A stretch of DNA of 64,000 nt from Dendrobates tinctorius (lineage: Eukaryota). The notes beneath the pieces were generated by a model. The model saw nothing but the letters and a program-made list of their open reading frames with translations. It was not told the origin of the DNA and did no database searches. Position 1 is the first letter of the stretch, and each line of letters begins with the position of its first letter. The translations under genes were made by a program, and so were the position numbers. This document shows positions 52,380 to 61,852 of this stretch, one piece after another. The stretch lies in the NCBI RefSeq assembly GCF_039654945.1, contig NW_027361687.1, forward strand, positions 34,906,001-34,970,000, given 5' to 3'.

Positions 52380-55043
52380 AACACTGCCCCCTAGGAACAA
52401 AAACGCCTATAATACTGCCCTTATGTAGAAGAATATAACTGCTATAATACTGCCCCATGTACAAGAATAAAACTACTATAATACTACCCCTATGTACAAG
52501 AATATAACTACTATATTACTGCCCCTATGTACAAGAAAATAACTACTATAATACCGCTCCTATGAACAGGAATATAACCACCATAATACTGCTCCATGTA
52601 CAAGAATATAACTACTATAATACTGCCCCTATATACAAGAATATAACTATTATAATACTGCCCCTATGTACAAGAATATAACTACTATAATACTGCCCCT
52701 ATGTGCAAGAATATAACTACTATAATACTGCCCCTATGTACAAGAATATAACTACTATAATACTGCCCCCTATATACAAGAATATAACTACAATACTACT
52801 CCTAAGTACAAGAGTATAACTACTATAATACTGCCCCCTATATACAAGAATATAACTACTATAATACTACTCCTAAGTACAAGACTATAACTACTATAAT
52901 ACTTCCCCTGTGTACAAGAATATAACTACTATAATACTGCTCCTATGTACAAGAATATAGCTACTATAATACTGCCCCTATGTACAAGAATATAACTACT
53001 ATAACACTGCCCCCTATGTACAAGAATATAACTACTATACCACTTCCCCCTATGTACAAGAATATAACTACTATATTACTGCCCCCTATGTACAAGAATA
53101 TAACTACTATAATACTGCCCCTATGTACAAGAATATAACTGCTATAATACTACCCCTATGTACAAGAACATAACTACCATATTACTCCTCCTATGTACAA
53201 GAAAATAACTACTATAATACTGCCCCTATGTACAAGAAAATAACTACTATAACACTGCCCCATGTACAAGAATATAACTACTATAACACTGCCCCCTATG
53301 TACAAGAATATAACTACTATAACACTGCCCCCTATGTCCAAGAATATAACTACTATAACACTGCCCCATGTACAAGAATATAACTACTATAATACTGCTC
53401 CTATGTACAAGATTATAACTACTATAATACTGCTCCTATGTACAAGAATATAACTACTATAATACTGCCCCCTATGTACTAGAGTATAACTACTATAATA
53501 CTGCCCCCTATGTACAAGAATATAACTACTATAATACTGCTCCCTATGTACAAGAATATAACTACTATAATACTACCCCAATGTACAAGAATATAACTAC
53601 TATAATACTGCCCCCTATGTACAAGAATATAACTACTATAATACTGCTCCCTATGTACAAGAATATAACTACTATAATACTACCCCAATGTACAAGAATA
53701 TAACTACTATAATACTGCCCCCTATGTACAAGAATATAACTACTATAATACTGCCCCCTATGTACAAGAATATAACTACTATAATACTGCCCCCTATGTA
53801 CAAGAATATAACTACTATAACACTGCCCCCTATGTACAAGAATATAACTACTATAATACTGTCCCCTATGTACAAGAATATGACTACTATAATACTGCCC
53901 CTATGTACAAGAATATAACTACTATAACACTGCCCCCTATGTCCAAGAATATAACTACTATAACACTGCCCCATGTACAAGAATATAACTACTATAATAC
54001 TGTCCCCTATGTACAAGAATATGACTACTATAATACTGCCCCTATGTACAAGAATATAACTACTATAACACTGCCCCCTATGTCCAAGAATATAACTACT
54101 ATAACACTGCCCCATGTACAAGAATATAACTACTATAATACTGCTCCTATGTACAAGAATATAACTACTATAATACTGCCCCTATGTACAAGAATATAAC
54201 TACTATGCCCCCTATGTTCAAGAATATTGTCATGGTTAGGACATGGTTAATGTCCTGTTCTGACAGGGTTAACATTGCCGGCCTCTCTTTGGATCTGGGA
54301 GGGGTATTTATGCTAACTCCATACTGGCATTCTCTGTCAGTTATACTGCTATTCTGGTGTGTCTGACCCCTGGTGTGTGTGTACTCTGCATTGTTTGTTT
54401 GCTTCCCGTGTATGACCCGGCTTGTTCCTTCACTCTGTACTCCGTCTCTCGTTTTTGGTACCATTGTCTTTTCCGGTTCTGACCTCCTGGCTTGGCTATC
54501 GTTACTCCGTTACAGTTTACCCCTATTGTACCGTCTAATACCTGTTCTGGTTTTCTGATCTATTGCTACGTCCTGACTATTCTTTCTGTCTAAGCCCTTA
54601 GGTACTGTCCTGCTATCTCGTGCTTTGACCCGGCTTGATCTGGTGTCTGTCTCTGTCTATGCTCCTTGGTAACATTGTCCTGTAGTTACCCTTCTAGGAG
54701 TTTCCCTGCAGCTCCTAGCTCTGTGGAGCTTAGGCCACGCCCCCAGCAGTCACGTGATTCAGGTCCTGGAGCATGCATTGTCACCACTGCTGCTCGCTCC
54801 GCAGGATCTTTGTGCACCGTCTTTGTACTCAGGACACGCGCCCTGGCTCAGTGAGCAAGTGCAGTGCGGTGTTCCTGACAAATATAACTACTATAACACT
54901 GCCCCCTATGTACAAGAATATAACTACTATAATACTGTCCCCTATGTACAAGAATGACTACTATAATACTGCCCCCTATGTACGAGAATATAACTACTAT
55001 AATACTGCCCCCTATGTACAAGAATATAACTACTATAATACTG
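52380..55043. repeat. 35/36-bp minisatellite in the PCP4L1 intron (interrupted by a solo LTR)
   Basis: Unit ACTACTATAATACTGCCCCCTATGTACAAGAATATA. Confidence 0.97.
54228..54880. mobile_element. Solo LTR (653 bp)
   Basis: TGTCA...TGACA termini with an exact 5-bp TSD AATAT (54223-54227 and 54881-54885). Confidence 0.88.
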
Positions 55044-55081
55044 CCTCCTAGCTGTGAGGTTGTGTGTCAGTGGTTCTCCTG

Positions 55082-57865
55082 ATGTCTGGAGCAAGCCCAG
55101 GGAGTGGCCACCCTGGGCGGGGAAGCTCCCCTGGCAAGGCCCAGGCTTCCCGGCCTACACTGGGACTAGGCTCTCAGGCTTCTACTAATGGGAATGTTAA
55201 TCCCAAAGCCGCTGTGAGTCCAGTGAATGCAGCGAGTCAAAGCTGCAGCAGTTCTATGAAGAAAGAAACAGTTGTGAGTAAACTTTTGGGAGGAAAACCT
55301 TCTCCAGTTCCAGCAAAGAAGCCAGAAGGAAAAGTGTCAGTGAGTGATGGAAACCAGCAGAATGTGAAGTCTTGTAGCTCCCCAGTCAGTCAGCAGCTCC
55401 TGCCAGGTGCACAGGTGAGATCGGCCCCAGCTGTGCAGATCACCTCTGCTGCTTCCAGGCAGAGACGGACGTCTTTGGAAAGGCAGACAATGCAGGAGAA
55501 CCTACAGCAGCATGGCAGTATGGCGCGGTCAGGACGCACACGGTCACAGTCAGGTGGCAGCGATAAACCTGCTGCGGAGCCTGCATCCAGCCAAGGGGCC
55601 ACAAAACCATCTATGGTGGACCCGCACAAGACAGGATTCAAAACCCCTGTACCCGTGGTCAAGACTAAGCCTGTGGAGCCGGCGCGTGCACCCGAGCTGC
55701 AGCTAGCGGATGAGATACCGGGACTTGTCCGAAAACTGGGTGAGTTACAGCAGCAAAAAAAAGCGCTGCAAATGGAGGTAGACTTCATCTATAGTCTAAA
55801 GACCGCTAATCCTGCCAGTAATGAGGCGTATGACCTGAGACTGAACACACTGGGTGTACAGCTGGCGAGTGTTGTGCAGGACACTGAGTCTGTGCTGGAG
55901 AGCATGGGGCCCCTGGCAGAGACCTACAGGAACCGCGAGCGGTTCGCCTCCTATAAGCAGGACTGTGCTGTAGAGGCCAGGACCCCTGATGTTCAGGACG
56001 GGACCCCCCAGCAGCGGACACGGCCAGTGTTACAGGCTGCCCGCTTCTGCTTCCAGGAGGGGAAACAGCTGCAGCAGCAGGCAGCTCAGTGTGAACAGGA
56101 GCATACACTTCAGACTGCAGCAGAGGCACCACAGGTCCCAGAATGCCCCAAACAGGAGCAGGACAGTGTATGTGAGACTATTTGTGCTGATGAGGCAGCC
56201 GAGTGTGAACAGGAGCATACACTGCAGACTCCAGCAGAGGCACCACAGGTCCCAGAATGCCCCACACAGGAGCAGGACAGTGTATGTGAGACTGTTTGTG
56301 CTGATGAGGCCGAGGCTGAGGCTGAAGCACAGACTGTGGCTGGGGATGCTGTGCCCATGGGGTCGGGGGTTGGAGGGGTTTCATATTCTGTATTGGACGT
56401 CGCACTGTCTGATGATAATGATGCTGCTTATGATAATGTGCATGATATGTGTGATTATCCCCCTTTGCCATCTAGTCCACAAGGTGTGACATCCCCCCCT
56501 GCAGGCCCTCTCCCTGTCAGTCAGCCCAGTGTGACCCGGCAGGTGCCCCCCAGGAATGCCTGGAGCCGCGGCGCCCCATCCTTCACTTCCAGCGCCAGGT
56601 ACACCGGCCAGACATTCAAGCGCATTAATGTGGTGCGGTTTAAATACATAGGTGCCAAGGAGGATCTGCCACAACGCAGGTATGTGGTGAGAGAGCTGCT
56701 CTGCGGCCAGATGGGGTTTGTGGCAAATGAGATACTGGCAGTGTCTAATCTTCAGGACAGGCAGGGCTACGAGGTCAGCTTCAAGCTCATGTCTGACCTG
56801 GATAGATTCTGGGCCAATTACCCCAAGTTCAGAGATGCTGAGGGCTGGAATAAGTTTGTGTTGGTTCCTATCTCCAGGCCAGACACTGTCACAGTGAATA
56901 TCACCTTCTGGAATGAGGCCGTTCCTCCACAGGACATCGAGGTGTGGCTCCGGAGACACTGTGACCTCGTCTCTGGACTCACCAAGGTCAGAGATGAGGA
57001 TGGTATCTGGACAATGGGGTGGCGGGTCTTGGTAAAATTGCGGCAATGTAATAACATCACTGCCCACTTACCCAACTCCTTCTTCATTGGGAGGGAGAAG
57101 GGAAGGTGTTATTATCCCGGGCAACCCAGAAAGTGCTTCAAATGTGGTGGGAAAGGTCATCTGGCTAACGCCTGTACTGTGGTGAAGTGCAGTCTGTGTG
57201 GGGCAATCGGCCATGTCGCTGCAGACTGCCGGGACGTCAGGTGCAACCTCTGTGGTAAGATGGGCCACCCTCACAGGGACTGTCCAGATGCCTGGCACAA
57301 CATCTGCAGAGTCTTCCCTGATGAGTTAGTGATGGCAGGGGCAGAGGCTCAGGAGGATGAGGATGTGGTGGCAGGGACACATGAGGAGGAGTGTTTAATG
57401 TCAGGAGAGATGTTGACCAGCTCAGATGCCCACCAGGAGTCCACTCAGGCAGCACCAGAGAAGCAGGGTGCAGAGGGGAACATGGAGGTCGTCCATCAGG
57501 TCCAGCAGCCTCAGATAGCCCCCCCTTCAGCATCGCTGTCTGTATCTGATGACTGGAACATTAATAATAATAAAAGGAAGAAAAAGAACACATCCTCCCG
57601 TAAACCTGAGGCAGAATATGACACTGGTCAGAGTGCTAGTAAGAAGGTTCAGAATTCTGCAGGAGTGATGGTCGTGTCCAACAAGTATGGAGTTTTATCT
57701 GACTCCAATGGTGACGATTATGAGGAAGAGTTGAGGAAAGTTGATGCTGAGTGTGACAGGGACATAGAGGACCATCCCCCACCAAAGCGGAAGCCCTTAT
57801 CTGTAGACCCTCAGGTAGAGTCTGACATGGACACCAGTGGTGGACAGAACATCTCTGACTCATGA
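55082..57865 (+). CDS. Retrotransposon ORF1 (gag-like; coiled coil, RRM-like region, 3 CCHC knuckles; ZCCHC3-like)
   Basis: First ATG at 55082. CFKCGGKGHLANAC, CSLCGAIGHVAADC and CNLCGKMGHPHRDC; no internal stops. Confidence 0.9.
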   Translation: MSGASPGSGHPGRGSSPGKAQASRPTLGLGSQASTNGNVNPKAAVSPVNAASQSCSSSMKKETVVSKLLGGKPSPVPAKKPEGKVSVSDGNQQNVKSCSSPVSQQLLPGAQVRSAPAVQITSAASRQRRTSLERQTMQENLQQHGSMARSGRTRSQSGGSDKPAAEPASSQGATKPSMVDPHKTGFKTPVPVVKTKPVEPARAPELQLADEIPGLVRKLGELQQQKKALQMEVDFIYSLKTANPASNEAYDLRLNTLGVQLASVVQDTESVLESMGPLAETYRNRERFASYKQDCAVEARTPDVQDGTPQQRTRPVLQAARFCFQEGKQLQQQAAQCEQEHTLQTAAEAPQVPECPKQEQDSVCETICADEAAECEQEHTLQTPAEAPQVPECPTQEQDSVCETVCADEAEAEAEAQTVAGDAVPMGSGVGGVSYSVLDVALSDDNDAAYDNVHDMCDYPPLPSSPQGVTSPPAGPLPVSQPSVTRQVPPRNAWSRGAPSFTSSARYTGQTFKRINVVRFKYIGAKEDLPQRRYVVRELLCGQMGFVANEILAVSNLQDRQGYEVSFKLMSDLDRFWANYPKFRDAEGWNKFVLVPISRPDTVTVNITFWNEAVPPQDIEVWLRRHCDLVSGLTKVRDEDGIWTMGWRVLVKLRQCNNITAHLPNSFFIGREKGRCYYPGQPRKCFKCGGKGHLANACTVVKCSLCGAIGHVAADCRDVRCNLCGKMGHPHRDCPDAWHNICRVFPDELVMAGAEAQEDEDVVAGTHEEECLMSGEMLTSSDAHQESTQAAPEKQGAEGNMEVVHQVQQPQIAPPSASLSVSDDWNINNNKRKKKNTSSRKPEAEYDTGQSASKKVQNSAGVMVVSNKYGVLSDSNGDDYEEELRKVDAECDRDIEDHPPPKRKPLSVDPQVESDMDTSGGQNISDS

Positions 57866-60800
57866 TGATGGCTATTACTCTGCTCTTTCTATATTGTGTT
57901 GTGATGGCGGGGTTCTCATTGACAGTGACCTCGAGCAATGTGAATAGCATTAAGCTGAGGAGAACTAGACACACGGTGTATGAACATCTCAAATATCTGG
58001 ACACAGATGTCATCTTCCTGCAGGAGACACGACTGACATCTCTGGGGCTTATGAGAGAGGCTGAGAGGGAATGGCGGTCCGGTCCTTCTTTCTGGTCACT
58101 GGCTGTGGAGCCTTACGCCGGGGTCGCTGTCCTGTTTAACACCAATGATGTGACTGTGCATAGGATGACGGAGGTGGTCATGGGAAGATGTCTGGTCCTG
58201 GAAGTCACTGTCCATGGGAGGCGACTCCGGCTTATTAACATCTATGGGCCACAGACAGTGACGGACAGGATCCAGCTGTTTAATGACGTCAAGCCTTACC
58301 TCTTCACTTCTCTTCCAGTGGTGATGGCGGGGGACTTTAATGCCATAATGACATCAGGTGACAGCTCCTCGGGCAGGGCAGTGACCAGGGACGGTAAGGT
58401 CCTACATAACGTTATAATGCAGGCAGGACTGACCGACGTTTTCACACAGGGTGGGCGACAGCCAAAATTCACGTATTCATGTTCCAACAGGAGCAGTAGG
58501 ATAGATTTTGCTTTTGTCAGTCCTACTGAGGCTGTCGGCGCCCTGAGTGAGAAGGTCGTCCCTTACTCTGATCACCTCGCCTTGTCCTTCTCTTTGGGTT
58601 CCTCTAACCGTCCGGACATTGGTAGAGGGTTGTGGAAGCTTAATTCCAGTCTCCTGGATGATGCCTATGTTCAGAGCCGTGTTCACTCCCTTATCCAGCT
58701 TCATCTAGACAGGGTTGACTTCTATGACAACATGACCGACTGGTGGGAGGACGTCAAGGAGGATATCAGATCCCTCTTAAAGAGACTGTCAGTTAATAAA
58801 GGGAGGAATAAGTACAGCCAGTACCTAAAGCTGCGCAAAGAATTGGAGTCACTGTATTCGGCGGGCGGGGATGACAAAGTGAAGATCGACCGGCTGAAAT
58901 CTGAGATAAAGCAGTATCAGTATAGCAGGTATACCTCCCTGGTTCTTGAACGGGATTATGGGTCCTTAGGGGCCCCTGATCCCTTTGAGAATTGCAGGGA
59001 GAGGGTGGCCAAAAAAATGGTCACGGGTCTCATTGACTCCCAGGGTGTATTGCAGGATTCACGGGAGGGTATCCTGGAGGTGGTGAGATCTTACTATGCT
59101 GACTTGTTTCAGAGGAAAGTTTTGGATAAAGATAAGATGGCTCAATTCTTGGAGGCAACTCCAGCGCCTGATACTAATGATCTGGACTTTTCTCCTTTGA
59201 CAGCAGAATTAACGGTGGAAGAAGTTAAGGAGGCTATTGATAAGTTATATCTGAAGAAGGCACCAGGTCCAGATGGTATAACGGCAGAATTTTATAAGAA
59301 ATTTAGAGACCTCCTGGCTCCAATTCTCGTGGATGTGTATAGAAATTGTCTAGAAAATCACCTGATGCCTCCATCCATGAGAGTGTCCTCGTTAATTCTG
59401 CTGTCTAAAGGTAAAGAGCCGAGTGACATCAAGAACTGGAGGCCGATTGCCCTCTTGAATGTGGACAGGAAGATTCTAGCAAAGATCCTATTTTCTAGAT
59501 TAGTCTGTTTGTCCCCGGCACTGTTGGCAGGCTCTCAGTTTGGCACAGTAAAAGGGCGGAACATCTCTGGAGCAGTCATCTCGATACGAGAGATGTTTGA
59601 GAGATGTAAAGCTCTGCGGTGTGGGAGATATGTTGTTAGTCTGGACCAGGCTAAAGCCTTTGACAGGGTTGATCATGACTATCTGTGGGCCACTTTGTCA
59701 AAGTACGGTATTCCGGGACAATTTGTGGATTGGGTGAAGACGTTGTACAGAGAGGCGGTGAGCTTTCCTCTGATTAATGGTTGGCAGGGTGACACTTTTG
59801 GAGTTGGGGCGGGGGTGAGACAGGGTTGCGCAATGAGTCCGCTCCTGTATGTTTTTGCCCTAGACCCGTTTCTGAGGTCACTGCAGGAGTGCGATTTTCA
59901 GGGGGTGCCGGTCCCCCACTGCCCGCCTCTGAATGTTGTTGCCTATGCGGACGATGTGACGCTGGTGATCTCCAATCCTCGTGAGGTGCAGATGTTATCT
60001 GCGTCCATCAGAAGCTACTCAGAGGCCTCCGGGTCTCTGGTCAACCTTGAAAAGAGTCAAGCTCTGTGGACATTAGATACTGAGCCCAGCTTTGATCTGC
60101 CGCAGTTTTCCAAAGCCTCCACCCATATTAAGATCCTAGGGGTTAAATTTGGGAGGGATGATAATGCCACGCTAAATTGGGAGGAGAAATTGGAAACCGG
60201 AAATGCAAAGGTTCAACGATGGAAGAACTGGAGGCTGACCTACAGAGAAAGGGTCACAATGTTGAAGACTTACCTGGTCCCCGTTTTCTTGTATGTCTCT
60301 GTCATTTTCCCTTTACCAGAATCTTTCTCAGCGAGGCTCTTCAGCCTGTTCTTCCAGCTCTTGTGGGGGAATAGGATGAACCTGATAAAGAGGGGAATAA
60401 CATACCTACGGCGGAGAGAGGGTGGGCTGGATATGTTGAATCCAAGGGTTTTCTTTGACTCCTTGTTTCTAAAGGTGAATTTTGGGAACATGGACTCAAA
60501 CAGTAGCTCCCTGTGGGTAAATAGTATCAGGTACTGGATATTGCCTTTTGCAGAATCTTGGGTGCGAGGCGGCAGTCTCAAGAGGAGGAGATGGACAGGT
60601 GACCACCTCCCCCAGTATCTGGACTATGGTCTGAAGTGTGTTAGGAGGTGGGGACTGGAGAGGTCTTACATTGAGAGCAGTACGAGAAGAGACCTGTATG
60701 CTCGTGTATGTAGGACTTTCTTCTACTCTCCACTGGCCCTGAGAGATTGTGTCACCACCACCCTGCAGGAAAGCCTTAGGTTCCTAAACGGGAAACGGCT

Positions 60801-61266
60801 TCCTCCTAAACTGTTTGATGTCACTTGGCTTTCACTGCATAGTCGGCTCTTTGTCAGAGGGAACCTGAAACATCTGTGTGTCTCTGATCGGAATTGTCCC
60901 CTTGGTTGTCAGCAGGAGGAAACTATGGAGCACTTTATATGTGATTGCTGGGGAGGGAGGAAGATCTGGGAGGAAGTGTCAGATAATCTAAAAATCCCCA
61001 GACTGCGGACTCTAAAGTATCCTGACATAATCTATGGTGTCCCCTCCACTGTTAGTAACATCAACAGAGAGACAATGTACATTATAATCAGTGTCATCAA
61101 ATACTATCACTGGCACATGAGAACCCGGGTGTCACTGCACAATGAGCCGTTCGATCACACCGCTGCCGCCAATCAGGTTATGTCAGAACTCCGGTGGATA
61201 AAATCACTAGAAGTTGGAAGGAGTCCAAGAAACATAACGTTATGGAGAAACGTAAAATTCAGTTAG
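57862..61266 (+). CDS. Retrotransposon ORF2 (APE endonuclease, reverse transcriptase, C-terminal Zn motif)
   Basis: NVNS, FLQET, AGDFN, SRID, SDH; KAPGPDG, NWRPIALLN, DQAKAFD, GVRQG, YADD; CPLGC..E..EHF..C; 1134 aa uninterrupted. Confidence 0.95.
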   Translation: MMMAITLLFLYCVVMAGFSLTVTSSNVNSIKLRRTRHTVYEHLKYLDTDVIFLQETRLTSLGLMREAEREWRSGPSFWSLAVEPYAGVAVLFNTNDVTVHRMTEVVMGRCLVLEVTVHGRRLRLINIYGPQTVTDRIQLFNDVKPYLFTSLPVVMAGDFNAIMTSGDSSSGRAVTRDGKVLHNVIMQAGLTDVFTQGGRQPKFTYSCSNRSSRIDFAFVSPTEAVGALSEKVVPYSDHLALSFSLGSSNRPDIGRGLWKLNSSLLDDAYVQSRVHSLIQLHLDRVDFYDNMTDWWEDVKEDIRSLLKRLSVNKGRNKYSQYLKLRKELESLYSAGGDDKVKIDRLKSEIKQYQYSRYTSLVLERDYGSLGAPDPFENCRERVAKKMVTGLIDSQGVLQDSREGILEVVRSYYADLFQRKVLDKDKMAQFLEATPAPDTNDLDFSPLTAELTVEEVKEAIDKLYLKKAPGPDGITAEFYKKFRDLLAPILVDVYRNCLENHLMPPSMRVSSLILLSKGKEPSDIKNWRPIALLNVDRKILAKILFSRLVCLSPALLAGSQFGTVKGRNISGAVISIREMFERCKALRCGRYVVSLDQAKAFDRVDHDYLWATLSKYGIPGQFVDWVKTLYREAVSFPLINGWQGDTFGVGAGVRQGCAMSPLLYVFALDPFLRSLQECDFQGVPVPHCPPLNVVAYADDVTLVISNPREVQMLSASIRSYSEASGSLVNLEKSQALWTLDTEPSFDLPQFSKASTHIKILGVKFGRDDNATLNWEEKLETGNAKVQRWKNWRLTYRERVTMLKTYLVPVFLYVSVIFPLPESFSARLFSLFFQLLWGNRMNLIKRGITYLRRREGGLDMLNPRVFFDSLFLKVNFGNMDSNSSSLWVNSIRYWILPFAESWVRGGSLKRRRWTGDHLPQYLDYGLKCVRRWGLERSYIESSTRRDLYARVCRTFFYSPLALRDCVTTTLQESLRFLNGKRLPPKLFDVTWLSLHSRLFVRGNLKHLCVSDRNCPLGCQQEETMEHFICDCWGGRKIWEEVSDNLKIPRLRTLKYPDIIYGVPSTVSNINRETMYIIISVIKYYHWHMRTRVSLHNEPFDHTAAANQVMSELRWIKSLEVGRSPRNITLWRNVKFS

Positions 61267-61494
61267 AAAATATGATAATGTTTTTTTGTTTTTTTTTTTG
61301 TGTTTTTTTTTTTGTGTTTTTTTTCCCTCTAACTTTTTTTTTCCATCCTCAGGTGTGGACACTTTAATTTATTGATGAATATGATCTGATTATTAGTGCT
61401 GTGTATATATTACCTAAGTGGTTTGTGTTTTGTAATACTGGATGATTTTTGTTTTATTATAATTGTATTTATGTTTGGGTTTTATAATAAAAAT

Positions 61495-61852
61495 TGCCCC
61501 CTATGTACAAGAATATAACTACTATAATACTGTCCCCTATGTACAAGAATGACTACTATAATACTGCCCCCTATGTACGAGAATATAACTACTATAATAC
61601 TGCCCCCTATGTACAAGAATATAACTACTATAATACTGTCCCCTATGTACAAGAATATGACTACTATAATACTGCCCCCTATGTACAAGAATATAACTAC
61701 TATAATACTGCCCCTATGTACAAGAATATAACTACTATAATACTGCCCCCTATGTACAAGAATATAACTACTATAATACTGCCTCCTATGTGCAAGAATA
61801 TAACTACTATAATACTACCCCTATGTGCAAGAATATAACTACTATAATACTG
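61495..61852. repeat. 35/36-bp minisatellite between the two retrotransposon copies
   Basis: Same unit as 52380-55043, about 10 copies. Confidence 0.95.

Larger units (their letters stand above)
55044..61494 (+). mobile_element. Apparently full-length, intact Tx1-like (L1 clade) non-LTR retrotransposon
   Basis: Two intact ORFs, T-rich 3' UTR, terminal AATAAAAA at 61486-61493; flanked by a 144-bp direct duplication of the minisatellite. Confidence 0.93.

Noticed and set aside
57862-57920. Signal-peptide-like N-terminus of ORF2 (MMMAITLLFLYCVV)
   Set aside because: Short hydrophobic leader before a standard APE domain; no reason to infer secretion.
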